Assembly (NCBI GenBank): GCA_002633005.1
Contig: NMRA01000852.1
Coordinates: 60,359-120,965, forward strand
Length of the DNA stretch: 60,607 nt
DNA from: Phoronis australis
Taxonomy: Eukaryota > Animalia > Phoronida
Reading direction: 5' to 3'
A model generated the notes under the pieces. The model saw only the letters and a list, made by a program, of their open reading frames with translations, was not told where the DNA came from and made no database searches. Shown here in pieces: positions 13,901 through 28,704 of this stretch; within the stretch, counting starts at the first letter, position 1; every line of letters starts with the position of its first letter. The position numbers and the translations under genes were made by a program.

Positions 13901-14716
13901 GGAGCCCGTTGAGTAACAGGCAAATTCCTGTTACGTGCTTGTGCGGTGCTGTACTGGTGCGGCTGTGCTATGGGAATTTTCGGATTACCAAAGTTCCAAC
14001 TAAACACAAATTTAGTAGTAACTTTTGAATAAGTTTTGCTTGGGTTATCGTCGTCATGGTTATTCATACTATAATTGTACCTAGCGATAATTTTTCTTTC
14101 AATTTTGAAATCAGCTCCGTCCCAGAGGTTTTGTTTCACGTTCTAGCTTAGTGAAAATCTCACTCTGTGGAGCAAGTCTAATATTAAAAGCCGTTGACCC
14201 CGTGGTTATTCACACGCGTTTCCCTGACATCGCTGTGTATCCGTCACCATGCAACTGCACTCTGTATCAACTGTGAACTTTTGACAGCTCAATTGTGACG
14301 GTTGAAAGAAATCCACCACTTCCACAAATTGAAGAGCTATTCATCACAAGCAAAACACAACAAAAATCGTGTTTCCCATGCACAATATACCCAACTACTT
14401 AAGACCGCTTTGAATGCTGAAAAGAGTCACGCCAGGATCATGACCGGTACACTTAAAGCCGGAGGCGGTACATTTCTATATGTCACATCACAATGTTCAA
14501 CAGTCCATATTTCCAACTTGTTAATACATTTCATCAATTTTTGCAATCCTGCAATCCAATCCCAATAAAAATTTATCGCAGGCGGTCTGGTATGCGTTGC
14601 ACCAGACGTGCGCAAGCCTCTCAGGTGGACCCATTGCACTGATCACTTTGAAACATTTTTGTGTTTTTTAAAACCGAGCTGAGGTGCTATAGTCCTGATT
14701 CAACGGTCTAGCAGAG

Positions 14717-14790
14717 TGCCTCAGTGGGACTCGGAACTCAAGACCTTGAATAAAGGAAGCGGACACTCATCCCACTAGGCCAAAGTGTCT
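14717..14790 (-). mobile_element. tRNA-derived SINE head / tRNA-like relic
   Basis: Minus strand has A-box TGGCCTAGTGG and B-box-like GAGTTCCGAGTCC at tRNA spacing; the cloverleaf is not intact. Confidence 0.5.
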
Positions 14791-15892
14791 CCTTCCCTAA
14801 GCCAGAAATTAATATTGTGAAAACTGACATAAATCAGTGCATATCAGCGGAGAGTTATTTTTTCCAAATTGGATACTGTAAAGTGTTCAGTACTATTTGT
14901 TACGTCTAGAATACGCAATAGCGCTATGTTTGTTTCTACTAGTCATTCGTCCAATTGCAACGGTGAACATTGACTGAGTTAATAGCAGCTCAATATTTTT
15001 ACTAGGGGATTAATAAGTGTATAACACGTGGAAGGAAGGACTGCTAAAATGAGATTTAGCGGTCTTTAAGGACATTTAAAAAATAAGCCTGCTACAAGCA
15101 GAAGACGATTGCAGAGCAATTACTGTATAATGGAAGACGTTGACAGTTATCGGCTTCTTCATGTGTTAGTTTTTAGTCCCCGCTTTCTTCACAACATATT
15201 ATTACTTATCCTACGTGTACGGGTGCCAGACCCCACGATAAAATAGCCGGGAGGTAGCAACGCTGGTTTTCACTGATGCTTTTGTATCAACGCAGCCCAT
15301 TTTATCCTTAGGGCCTAGCAACTGACGCAATCTAATCGATAGTCGCACGCGCACGGGTTACCAGGGAACTTCTTACAGTAGCCTAGCACTGATATGTATT
15401 GCAGCGTCGTAGCAAGAACTTTCTGAACATGTTTTGTATAAAGTTTCAGAATTCTCAACAAGAATTTTGTGTACGCAGTGACAATAAAGGCGTTACTTAC
15501 TGGTTTTAACATAGTTTGAATACCTTTCCTGCTATCATAATGCCGGAAAATTTGCACTGGTGTGGGGTGGGGTATGCATGTACTTATACCTTAATGAAAA
15601 AACAAGCCATCTGTTGCCTCAATGGATGGACAAGGACATCGCGTTCCATGATACATTTCGACTGGGGAGAAAAATCAGAGCCAGAGCCATTAAAGGAGAG
15701 AATTTCCATCCCAGCCGGTGTCAAAATTAATTTAAATTAAGTTAGCGAATACAGTAGACCGATCATACTTAAATCTACATGTACATGATCACCGTGAAAC
15801 GAAAAGAAATGGCATTTTATTCAGTTTTACATGTTATCGTTTGCAGCGGATTGCTTCAAACTTGCAGTTTGAAAGAAACAAAGCACACCCTC

Positions 15893-18800
15893 ATGAAGAT
15901 GAAATTAGACTGGACGTCATCCATTCTGCTCTGCCTACTATACATTGCAGGTAAGTGTAATGCATTACTTTAGATTCCTTTACTTTGTTCAGCACACTGC
16001 ATTGTCTTGATTGCTCCTGACTGCTTTGTTGGCCACATCCTATTGATTGGCATATTCATATAGATTTATACATATATGTAGTCTTGGGATCAAGCGGGCC
16101 CATAACTAGTCTCTGACAAGGCCTTCCCTATTTTATCATTGTACTTATTGTTCTTGTGTTTTATGACATGAAATAAACACACACTTCTGCTTAAACAGCT
16201 TGTTTGTGAACAACATTTGAGCGTTCCGCATTCTTTGCGGGAAAACCAAAATCTCATGATGCAAGTGACTAAACGCCAGTGTTTCGTCACTATGCTTTGG
16301 AACTTATACTTGCCTTCAGGTACATGCACATCAATCCTAGCAATATCAAAATAGCGGACACCGGAGAGATTATGTCCGTGACGTTGGGACGTTGAATTGT
16401 AGGATTGAATCCACTGTTTTTATTCCAAAATCATGACAATCGACGCAAGTGTTTATTAATCCAAATAAACATGATGGTTGGGACCAGTGCCCCAACCCAG
16501 CCGGACAAGTGCCGCGTCCCCTACAGAATGCACTATTCGCAGTTGGTATCCACTTTCAAAATCTCCACTCGCCCGAGATCGAGCAAAATTGCCTACCTTA
16601 TAAGCAAACATTAGCGTGTATTACTGATATCCTGTCAGATTATTTCCATTTGGTACTTTCAGACGAAAAAGCACATTGTCCGTTAATATGCGGCAACAGA
16701 AGCAGCGCCAAATCACCATTTCCGGTTTGAAAACTGGCGTGCATTAAGTAGCGAATAGGACCTACGCTAGCACCTAGCTAAAATCTTCCTAGAAAGTACA
16801 TATATAAGAGAACTTAAAAAGACTTCATAATAAAATTCGCGCATTCTGCGACTCAATATTTCTACATCTTTAATTTATGGTATCTCGCCAAAAAGCCGAA
16901 CGTTGAAATGGCCACAAGTGGCAAGTTTGGTTTTACACAATTTTCCTTCACGAAGTAAAAAGTTTTAAAACATGTCAAAAAATGACCCCAAATTCTAGAG
17001 TAAAGGACTGTGTCCCTTGCATTTCATTATCTAAGTTAAATGAATAATTTTATAACCGGTCATTCAGTAGAATACAAAACAACGTACATGTAATTACCGA
17101 GCAAAGTATCAAAACACATAATAGCCTTCTTGTTCGGGTATCTCGCACCGTTTCTTTGTAAAGTGAAGCGCTTTGGGTTTTACATCGAACAGTAATGGTA
17201 ATGGAATGCGCTAGTCAAGTAATAACGTCACTCCTAATCCCCAATCCAGAAATCAATAGAAAGTACGGAACATTCGCAAATCAGGTTCACAAAGGAAGTC
17301 GAACGTCATCTGAACCAATATATACATGTAGCTTTACAATAGAAGGGGCATTTTTGAGGGCCCTCTTGGAAAGCAGTGCTATCACTGAAGAGGCCACCTT
17401 CATTTTAAATATCACAATAATAAATAAATAAAAAAATTCAAAGTCAAATTGCCTACATGTATATATCCGTCTTCCAACGCAAAAAAAAACACTTTGATTT
17501 GGATCATTTGTTGTCATGATGCTTGTCTCAATGGAGGTGAATTCTAGACTTTGAAACAACTGACAAGTTGTCACGTGATGTAACCACAAAGATGGCCTGC
17601 TGACGGGATAAAATGCTCGTAACGTACATGTATTTCCATGCCTCACTTAAAAGGATATATTTATAAACTGATAAGTTGTTTTCGCTGGAAACGAGGCTAT
17701 AGATGCTGACTTGTCACGGCGTGTCGTTGCGTGTCCCGAACACGGTCTCAAGGAACCACGAACTGTTATATTTAGTTACTTAAAAACAAGAAAATCACAT
17801 CCCATCTGATGAAGGAGCAGACGGAAAACATTTTCATAGCTTTAAGTGGTCTTAGCCGAGTTCTGTTTTCGGACAGACTTGTAACCACTTTATATGTTTT
17901 ATAGGTGGTACATCCCTGAATACCATGGACAGAAAGTTGACCGAGATGTTATTGAAGGGCTATGAAAAGACGACGCGACCGGTAGACCACTATAAGGACT
18001 CCGTTAACGTTACCATGGATATAGGCCTTCGTGAACTGTCATCGCTGGTAGGTAAAATGGTCGAAAGGATGCTCGTCTTGACTGCCCTGTCTATATCGAA
18101 CCTTAACTCATTTACTACCATCTTACCATAAGCAGCAGGGTTGTATTTGCGAACAAAGAAATACAGACTCAAAACCGGGATTACTCATATTTTCTAACTC
18201 CGTTTAACAAGAATAGTAACAGATGGCAGCGCGAGCATCCATAAAACGGCAAGACACGACACATTTCACTGACACTTCGTTTATCTTGATGCACGCTATG
18301 TCCTAAACCATATGAGGTGTCATTGACTACTGACAAATGTACCATTTGATAGGAGGATGTTTTTAAGACAACTTTCTCTATAAAGTGATCACTTTTCTTT
18401 GGTTATGTTAATTATATACATGTACAATGTATGACACCCGCAATGCTAGGTTTTCTTTGCTGTGAAGCCTTCGTACTTGTGAACCATTATATGCATTATA
18501 AACTTCACTATATTTCAGGATGAAAGGGATCAAGTGCTCAAAATCAAAGCTTGGATACGACTTGTACGGAATCTTTTCTTATTTTAATTTAAGTTAACTT
18601 GATGCTTGTTCACTTCTCTGCTGTTAACACGAAAAATGAATGTTGTTTATTCTTCCGTGCAATTACTTCCTTAAAGCCGTGATTACACTGTCTATTAAAC
18701 CTACCTAAGGGAGGCGCTTAACCAACAAAAAAGAACCATCATCAGCTGTAACTGATTAAAACAAAAGTTATTTATTTGCCAGAGGACGGTGCATAGCTGC

Positions 18801-21800
18801 CTTTACTAAATATAGAGTAGGACCCCGACCTTATTTATGGTTGTTCCTATTTTAGTATTGGTACGATGCGTTCCTGAAATGGAACGCTTCACAGTATGGG
18901 GGCATAGACAGAACGGAAATACTCTCCAGCAGTATCTGGCTACCTGACCTCGTGTTGATCAACAGGTTCGTTAGTTACGTATATATGTTCATTACCCAAT
19001 CCACAACAGGGGTAAACCACGAGAAATGTACCTCTCTAGTAGGTGAGTCGCCTCACAATTTTAGATTTTCTGCATTTTTGAAATAGCAATGCATTAGTGT
19101 AAAATGGTGCCAAAACCGTCTTTCCTGAAACTCAACAGGGCCAATTGTTTTGCCCCCCCCCACCCCTTTCCTCAGGCCAGGGTCTAATCATTCTACTTGA
19201 TGTCGAACTAGATATTATTTTGTGAATTTTCGTACTATTTTTGTGCGAACTCAATTATTCCGTGCTCAAGTACATTATAGGTTTCTAGTCTAAATTCGCA
19301 TTTGATGTCCCCTAAGTTCGAGCTAAAAACCTGAGAAAAACAGGTCGTGTAAAAAGTTATGATTGTTGGAAATACTAATTTGTTGGTGAATAGTAAGAAC
19401 CGACATTGTAGTTCGATCCATTTCATGGTGAAAAGTTCACGTCTTAGCGTTCGCTTCATTGCTCATTACAACTATATGTAGCAATTAGGTAATGCCTGGA
19501 TTTTCAAAAATTATGCAAATTTGTGCACTAAAGGAAATGAAGTTAGATGAGCTATCAAAATGTTGGACAAATTTGACTGACGATTCGTCGTATGGTAGAA
19601 ATAAAAGTTCCCAATAAGAAGCCATGTTGTATTCTCCTTTGACAGCGCCACTCCACGGACCTTATGATACAGTGTTGCACTTCGTAAGACTGGGAAAGAT
19701 CTTATCTTCGGGTCCACGAGTTTTCATAATGATGAAATACTTCTTTCTAGTGCCACAAACGAAAACTTGTCCCACAGCGATTTACTTGTTGTTGTTACAA
19801 GTAACGGAGACGTTTCTTGGAAATTCCCGGTAATCATTGCAAGTCAGTGCGACTTGGACGTCAAGTACTTCCCGTTTGATCGGCAGGTACGAATACATGT
19901 CTAATAGATTTCTGATTGCTAGTGTTCCGTCTCCACCTAACATTGATAAATCATTGGCTTCTCCCAATATTTCCCTGTCTAATGCTTTTCTTGTGACCTT
20001 GATAAATTGATGATGAGTTCACAGAAGCCGCTGTGGCAGCCACTCAGATATGGCTTTGTCAGACTTCTCCCTGGGCCACAGGGTATTTGAATTGTTCCAG
20101 ACATCACAGTGAACTTGATTCCAAAGGAAGGGAGCAGAGTATTAAAACGCTTTGTTTTTTGTTGCTTTCATTGCAACGCAAGAATAAAGCAATACAACAT
20201 TTATAGAGAGATTTAGCCCAGAAAATGGATCCTTACACCTTAGATTTGTCTATAGGTAGCGATAAATTAATTAAGTAAACATATAATAATGAGTAATAAC
20301 ACATAGAAAGTAACGAGAACAAAATAAATCACACGGAATTAACCGTGCTCGAAAATTCGTGGGACCCGTTTAAAGCAATGTAACTGATTCATGAAGTAAT
20401 TTAAAAATAAATTGACTTTATCTAATTTTGAAGTGACAGCGTCACCAGTATTATTGAATTCAACCCAAGGAAATGCATCGGGGTTGGATTGACTAGGATT
20501 ATTTTTCATGAGTTTCAATTTTTCTTAGAATTTTTTGGTTTATGTGTAGCAGATTGAATTAAGGTTAAGTTTGTGCCTTGTCACCTGACTGTTTTCTCTG
20601 GCAAAGCCAGTTTATTAGTGTAAGACGATCTTAAACGATATGAATTGTCTGTCATATTGGAATTCATTTACGACGTTAACGGATTTTCGGCCAATAGTTT
20701 GACATTGCGTGCCCGCATTTTGAGAACCAGTTTGATGCCCTTACTTAGTGGGGGAAAACTGGTTATCAAAATTCGGGCAAGTTATATGAGACTATTACCG
20801 ATTTTCGCGTCTCTCTTTTACATAATTTTATTTTGAAGGTTTGCCCCCTGGAATTCGCCTCTTGGGTTTACCCTCAATCGCGAATGGACCTCTACGCGAA
20901 GGGATCGCGTGGTGACACCAGCGTTTTCCAGGGTAATGTGCTCATAGAGAAGTGCCACACGTGTAACAATAGGACGCGTGTTCAGGCAAAATCGCTTTGC
21001 CTCCATTTGTATTCAAGTGTCTGAACTCACTGTTATTTAGGGAAGAATTACTGTAAGGTTTATTCACCATATAAAGTGTACCAACAGAGCTTAGAGAACG
21101 TTTTAAGACTGTATACAATGCATGAAAATGAATACGAAACATGTTGTTACAGAAGACGATACGGGCTCAGATTGGCCGTTAACAAAAATGAGCGATAAAA
21201 TAAGCAATCTTGAATTCCAGAAAGCAAGTCATGGATAATGGACAGCTTCATCGCCCAGCGAAGGGTAAAAACGTTCAAAACTGATGAAAAATACCCTGAC
21301 GTGACTTACTCACTCCGTTTAACAAGGAGACCTCTTTACGTCCTTTTCAATTTGGTAAGAGAATTACCTTATAATTAGACAATGTTATCTTTCTTAAAAT
21401 CCCGTCAATTTCAAGGCTCCCTTTTTCATTGGCAGAATATTTCAAATGCGCGTATTTACGAAGGAGCTCGCGGGACTCGAAGGCCCCCCGTTTGTCGAAG
21501 TGGGCAAAAAGGTCCGCCTCAGAGAGACAAAAAGTCCTAAAAAATAGTAAACGATACAAAAGTCCACTGAAAAGACAGGAGCTACCAAAATTCGGCGAAT
21601 GCACAGTTCATAGCCCTGAACGTACCCCGTTTTTTAGTAAAAGGTCCACATTTTCAAAAATTCGAGACTCACATTTTTTAGGCTGGGTGCGTGCATATTT
21701 CACTTTTGTTACTCGCCCACACGAATACGTTGTCGTCATTTCTGTCTTAGCCACGCTGGCTTGACTTCAAGAGGAAGAGCCATACACCAATCAGGACAAT

Positions 21801-24800
21801 TTGAGAACAGAAATTCAATATATTTGAATCAATATTAGGGTGTTCAGTTAGTCGTCCTAGTGTTTCATGGAAGTTGTAAGAGATTGGAAATATAGGATGC
21901 TCCAAGCATACAACCACTTGCTTTATTATTTTCTCCTTGCAAACTGTGTCAGTCTCGACCATTTTGTCTTCAGCTGAGAAGTGCCGGAGTGCATCTCTTG
22001 ACAAACTTGATTTTTTGGGTAGCGAATGTATCATGAATGCCGTTTTTTGACTCTTTGGAATAGCAAAGTCAGAAGGCATGGCGTAAACGAGAGTAAATGC
22101 ACTGTAGGGGCTATCCACAGTATCTACTCGGAGGTGAAATGTTTTGAATTATCTGTGTGTGTACCGTTTTCTCCTAGTTTAACCTAGAAACCAATGATTA
22201 ACCTAGAAATAAACAAGCTATTGGTTACTAAGTTCAACATAGACGCTTTCATGTCCTAAGGACGAAAAGCAATTGAGGGCATATAGGTTTGTTTATTTTT
22301 GTCGTGACTTCCAGTGTCCCGGGTCTGGCGTTTGCTAGTCTAACGGCCTAATTGCTTGGTGATTCTTCATGAAATTTTGACAGGTTTAAATTATTTCTTT
22401 TGTGAGAAGTCGAATGACGTCAACATCAGAAGGGTCCAACCATTGTTATAATCCGTTTTGGTACTTTTACCGGTGTCTTCGTCAAATTCCTGCCCATTCT
22501 AATTATTGGAGCCCCTTGTGGCCTACTTGCCTCAAAGAGATACATGTAAGCACCCCGAGCAGCGCACGATTCCCTTAACATCAAAGTTTTTGAACAATTC
22601 GCTTTGCCTTTATCCTAACTTCTCAATACCACGATGGTTTGAGTCCCGAATAATAACAATAATATTACTTTTGCAGTTTTGGGGCTGAATTAAACGAACG
22701 GTTTTGTTTTTCCAGGTTCTTCCGGTTGTTATGATTATTATTCTCGGAATGCTGGCGTTTTGGCTACCGCCTGATGACGGCGAGAAGATTGGTCTCTGCG
22801 TAACTCTCCTGGTGGCGCTGTCGTTCATTATGTTGCTGCTGGGAGACAAGATGCCTCCAACTGCTATTTCCGTTCCATTGCTGGGTGATTTTTGAAAGAC
22901 ATTTTGTTGTTACTGTCAATGCGACGCACACACAATATACCAGACAAACTGATACATAGTTGTGGTCCCCCACCCAAATAAGTATTTCAATATACAGTGT
23001 AAGGCGATTCATCAAATTGTGAAAACCATCGGCACGACTCAAGCTCAAATGGCGTGTCGTAAAAAAATGGAAACCAACAATATTTGAAAGAAAATGTTTG
23101 CGAAACTTCTAAAAACGACATGCCAGCATTGTTTTTTCTCCCGTCCATAGAGGGGCGTTTAGGTAACCACGACGGTATTTTAACAATTGAAACTTTTACA
23201 AATTATGGGTTTGGATTAATGCATTCATTGTATGCTCCCGCGCAGCCCAGAAGGGTTATGACTGACCAGGTGCATAGCCCAGTAATATATTTCAAAGAGC
23301 TAAATAACCCAAACCGCTGCCTAATATCAAGTCTAATTATTATTTTTTTAAATTTTATCACGGCTTTAATTGTGTTTGTCTGGGTCAAAATGTCAAACTA
23401 ACGCGATGGTAAAGGAGCAATGTGGCGGAAACACGCCACGGTTATAAAATGGTGGTCACGTCCATGTACAAATGCTCACCACAATAATATTTGATATACT
23501 ATCAATTTAAATTTTCTTTGTCTTAGGACAATTCTACGCTGCGGTGGTGATTATGCTCACTGCTACGACAGTACTGTCGACTATAGTGATCCATACGCAC
23601 TTCCGAGGAAAACGGGGCAAACGTGTGCCCAACTGGATACGAATTGTTGTGCTCAAAGGACTGGCAAGGTTTCTTTGTTTTGACTTGACATGCAAGAGCG
23701 ACCTCTATAGAGACCGCGAGGTTAGTCATTGTCATTTTCCGTTGATTTCGTAATGACTCTGATCTGTCTTGCCCCTATCTACACACTTGCTTCACGTCCC
23801 TTCTGTTTTTTTTTTCAATTCTCTTCCACCCAACAATATCTTAGCACTGTGTTTAGTTACTTAAACATCTTATCTCATCAGCCATGCTCAATTTTGACAA
23901 ATTCCCTTTTCTATGAAAATCATTTCTCTTTTTCTCTCATGCATCCCTTTCTCCTTTTTCCTCCACGCCTTCCTATACCTGCCTTATAATTTTTCTTCCA
24001 TTCATCTCAATCTTACCTGAGTAGAGTTCAGCAGCTGTCTCGCGGTAAGACAAATCTGGCCAAAATTACGACGTCTTCGCAGTTAAAATACAAGGCAATT
24101 TCTCGCGTAGTCTCGCGAAGACTTGTTTTTTCTAGTGAAGTTTTAGCGTTAATGAACACTATCCTGTATTGTCTCCGTTAAGATTCTGAGCCGTTGTAAT
24201 GAAATAGAAACTCGTCAGAATGCAACTCAACTCCCTTGTTAAAACGGCTATGAATCCGACTACCGTATTCGCCGTAATAACCGCCCAGGGCGCTTAGAAA
24301 AGTTCGGTTCAGGGAGGGCGCTTATTATAACCCAAGACGGTTGAAATCCGGTCGCCGAAACGGGTGAAATCGGAAGCTAAGATTCATCAAATTTACGCTC
24401 TGTGACGTATGTGTAATCTATGAAAGACTTTCAACAAAACTGTGGTGCATTGCTATCAAATTTTGCTGCTAAATTACGATCATTTTACAGAAAATTGTGC
24501 TCAAATCCCAAGGCGAAAACTCGCCAACTGACTGCTTCGAAATCGCAGTTTTCGATATGGCGACTTCAATGCTTGAATAAAAATGGTTTCGATAAAGTAC
24601 CTGAAATCCTCATTAAGTTTTATAAATAGCGTCTGTAAGGTTTTTTAAGTTCCCGTGGAGTCTGGATTAACGGCAGGTTTAAGTACAAATCTGTGCAACA
24701 TCGTGCCATCTACATGTATGATCGGCAACACGGCGAGAAAAATGTCTGAACGAACACACATGTTGTTGTCACGTGACGTTTGTTTTGAAGTTCGTCTGCG

Positions 24801-27469
24801 AGTAAGCGAGCGCGTGCGTGTCATCAGAGTTCATTTGCCAAAGCAGAGACCGTCTTTCGGCCAGAGCCACGCAATCTCACTAGCTAGACGTGTCTAAAGA
24901 AATTTGCACAAGCAGTAGGCCTAAACCAGAGCGTGTTTCATTCAGCACTTGCCGGTATCGTGCTAAAAACTTTCGACATTTGTCTCGGCAAGGCCCATAT
25001 TAGTCGCCGTGTAGCTGGATGCGTACGTAACTATCTGACAGTTATTTTTTGGTGTAAAGGTGTGTAAGCATTCGCTGTCGGTTGTCATTTTATCGGATAT
25101 TCGGCTTAATAACACCAATTATGGTTAATCAAACAATCCATGTAAAAAATAACGCAAACATGTTCATAGTATTAGAAATTGTCGGAAATTAGTTCCAATA
25201 TTCATTTCTTATCGATGCTATGCTACCCGCTTCATGAATGGATAGTTCCCAACTAATGTCTTTGATGACAGGTTATGTAGCGCGCGCTTCCTGGCCGCGT
25301 GCGTTTGACACCGAGTTTTTTTATTCATGACTCATGACAGTCGATGTGTCTACTGAAAGGTCAGACCATAGTAGGACACGGTCGTCGCGAGAGCGTAGCA
25401 ACGTAACGCTGTTGCGTTCTTTTTGAAGCGCTGCGTTTTAGTTGTCACGGCTAAATACAAACGTAGCAGTGCCGCTGGTGGTCTAGAAGACCCGTGCAAA
25501 TTTTTTTTTTTGATAAATTGAAGACGTTACTGTAGCCGAGTTTTAGGACTGTAGTTCCGTCATTGTTCGCATGTACACGTTCGTGATCATGGACTGGGCG
25601 CTTATTTCAGCAAAGTCTGAAAACGCGTGGGGGGCGCTTATAGGGGCATGGGCGGTTATTACGGCGAATACGGTACATCTCTTTTAAATTGGTCCTTGTT
25701 CAGATTAGCGATGGTTTCCAGAGTTGAGAGCACGTGACCGTTACTTATTGTTTGAGATCAAACTCAAGACATATTGTCGGTCAGCCAGACATTACTTCCT
25801 GCACTGCCGAACTACCAATTTTTTACCAACCCTAGAAATTATTCCTCATCTGAATCAGGAAGAAGTTGAAACCGATTTCATAATCTAGTGGGGTTCAAGT
25901 CATACAAAACCATGTTGATTGCCACTTTATACACTTTACATGTATATCACCCTCTAACCTTTGTATTGATCACACCCACACGTCCACACCTCTGTAACAT
26001 TTTGTTTCTCCGTTTGTATGCACTTGCTTCACAGAATCTGTTTCTTTACGAACTGTTTCCCTTCCGTCTCTTAGTTACTGGTCTTTGTCACTTGGAGCAG
26101 CTCGATTTTTTGCGGTAGCCTCCAATTTCCTCTTGGATGTTACCGATGAGCTGCAAATTTCAGTGAAGTGATTTTTATATTGGGTAGATTTTAGGCTACA
26201 AAATATCCAAGGTGTTTGGATGTCATCGCTACATGTATTTGTTCTTCTCCTCCTTTCCTTGCCAATCCGTCATTTTTTAACGTAACACTGTGTCCAAACT
26301 ATGTACCTAAGTTCTTTGTTGTGTGTTGAAAGTTATTGTGAAATAACGCCGAGTTCGACACATTCTCGCCCGGATTACGGTATATGTCGGTGCTCACGGA
26401 ATATATTGCCGCACCGGCAGATATTGTCGACCCGTAGGGCTGCAATATGTATCGAGTGCGACAACTTATGGTTGTACATACTGTATTGTCGCTCCCAAAA
26501 GCGTCTACCTTTAGCAAAATTACACAACTGTGTACATGTAGGCCTGCGCGATGACACTTATGCCTAGGCACTGGAAAATCCACACTTTGACAATGGAATT
26601 TTATGGCCGATAAGTTTGTTGCGTTGAGGTGGAGGGGGCAAACTAGTATAACAACTTAAGGTTCTCAAATGCCCGTGTTTGCAAAACTAACGCTTCCGCA
26701 AACGAGACTGATATCACGGTGGTTACCTTCGCCACTAATCTTTTGCGAGATTTGACCCCTGTTGAGCTTATCACAACCTCGGTTTGGGTTTCTTTAGTGG
26801 GTCTCCCTCTCACCCTGGGCCCACCTACATGTATGTACGGAAGGCAGACTACCTTTCAACATATATAAATGTATTGTAGTACCCGATAAATGATGTCGTC
26901 AAAGCGAGGATATGTGTCGATCTTAAGGTTAAAAAATTGTTGCAAACGCAAAATATTGTCGCCTAAGGGATAATAATTGTCCAATGTGACAATGGCATGT
27001 AATTTCAAGACGTTTGAATCAGACTACTTACCGTTACAGTTGACAGTTCGCTATTGCATGAAATTGGGCTTGGCTTATGGAATTCAATACCAGCCACTGC
27101 ATACCAACGTATTTAGCCTGGTCTCTGCATTCACGTATAACAACTTAATTTCCACAGGGTAATCTAAACACAACTACCATGAAAAGCTTCAGCAACTATG
27201 GCATGACGAACGAAGATGAAACTTCAGAAAAGGAAAACAACAACACACAAATAATTGACAGTCCCGTTCTCTACGAGATCAAGGAGAAGTTGCAGCTTAT
27301 TGAGTCCACGATAACATCACGCCAGAAGGCTGAAGAAGAACAAGAAGAGTTGAACACGGATTGGCGTAACGTTGCCATGGTGATGGATCGTCTGTTCATG
27401 TGCATCTACGCCCTTGTCTGTATATTCACTGGGTTAGGATTGATGTTACGCAGACCGACTGACCCCTAA
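15893..27469 (+). CDS. Nicotinic acetylcholine receptor-like (Cys-loop, cation-type) non-alpha subunit, 10 exons, 464 aa
   Basis: Exons 15893-15950, 17905-18047, 18519-18563, 18856-18965, 19751-19886, 20839-20932, 21221-21354, 22716-22884, 23527-23720, 27158-27469. All introns are GT..AG with compatible phases; total 1395 nt with no stop. Motifs: signal peptide MKMKLDWTSSILLCLLYIAG, YEKTTRPV, IWLPDLVLIN, Cys-loop CDLDVKYFPFDRQVC, SWVY, M1-M2 LPPDDGEKIGLCVTLLVAL, M3, and M4 region DWRNVAMVMDRLF. The 45-nt and 110-nt exons match the usual nAChR gene structure. Possible polyA signal ATTAAA at ~27548. Confidence 0.93.
17355..17431 (+). repeat. Short retroelement-like 3' end (stem-loop + (TAAA)n tail), copy B, in nAChR intron 1
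   Basis: GAGGGCCCTCTTGGAAAGCAGTGCTATCACTGAAGAGGCC hairpin followed by AATAATAAATAAATAA. Confidence 0.6.
24263..25673. mobile_element. Non-autonomous pogo/Tc1-mariner-type element in the last nAChR intron
   Basis: Perfect 25-bp TIR CCGTATTCGCCGTAATAACCGCCCA, TA on both sides (24261-62, 25674-75), repeated subterminal GGGCGCTTA motifs. Confidence 0.9.
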
Positions 27470-28704
27470 AACGCCCCCCCCCCCCACGACAAGCATACAG
27501 GAATTCACAATTTTCATGTAACGACCTCGCTGTTTTTCAAATGTGTCATTAAAGCGTATAATTCTAGCCAATTAAGGCGTGGCAACATGTAAACAAAATT
27601 GCAGGGCGCCATACTTTTTCCCAGAAGCATTTGTTACGAAAGCATGAAGGAGGTTTACGATGTTGATAACAATATACACAGAACGAGCCTGAAAAGACCC
27701 CTTTTTTGCTGATGACAGCAAGTAGCAGATTGCGATCGGCTAAATCCACCGTCTAAATGAACAAGCACACACTGAAAGAAATCCATCTCGTAAGATTTCA
27801 AAAATACTTTTATTTTATTGGATTTCATTAAATTGTTTATAGTATCAAATATCTGTTAACACTTGTAATCTGTGTTGGTGAAGTCGCATTTGACTCACGG
27901 AAACGTGCAGTAGTGTATATTGGACAGTTTAAACAAAAAATCCTGGTTCCGAACGCTGCATCATCAGAGTACAGTGGAAAAGTAAAATTCAGTCCGCAAA
28001 CTACGTTGCCGGAGCAAGAAGTCTTGTTATTTGCGATTTTCAAAAGAAAAAATGATTGTATTTTGTTGTCGAGTTCCCATACAGTGCAACGCAAAAAGCG
28101 TCTTATTTACTGCACCTAGGTTTCCAGTTCGCACGCGCTGCACGTGTTTTATTTGATGCTATTCCTGTTGTGTTTACAATTTTCATGATGAAATACCAGC
28201 TTGCTAGCATTTAGCATTTAGATTTCGGTTGAATCTTACGAGTTATGTACATGTAGTTTGCTGTCAAACGATGTCATTGAATAGGTTGAACTATCTTTTA
28301 TCATGCTAGTGTAGCAGAAATACATGTACACAGTAGATTTTAACATATTTATTAAAGCACAGGTGACGATAGCATTTTGACTGTCCTTGTTATTTTACAG
28401 ACGGCACAGGTACACATGCGTTAATCTTTCTTGTATCTTAAGTAATTGCAACGTGTCAATATTAAGTCCAGTGTTTCTCACTATTTAGATTTCGGAATGG
28501 ATCCTAGCACCCGGAATGCTCTACATGTAGTTGTGAATCGTGTGTTATATTCATGGGGTATTGGTAAGCCCTGTGTGTTTAATAGAGGTGTAATTATATT
28601 GTTTTTATTTGAGTATTTACGAAGTACTAATTGATTCCCACAGATGGCGAGCTTGTCCTTATATGCACGTGGAATAACAACACTACTTAGGATCTTAAAT
28701 TCAA

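Noticed and set aside
14717-14790. Functional tRNA gene
   Set aside because: A/B boxes are present but the acceptor and anticodon stems do not pair properly; treated as a SINE head.
15779-15892. Upstream in-frame ATG extending the nAChR N-terminus
   Set aside because: ATG 15893 (or 15899) gives a normal-length signal peptide; the extension has no supporting feature, though a spliced 5' UTR is possible.
19646-19750. Alternative upstream acceptor for nAChR exon 5
   Set aside because: Gives an in-frame TGA within seven codons; the acceptor at 19751 keeps the frame.
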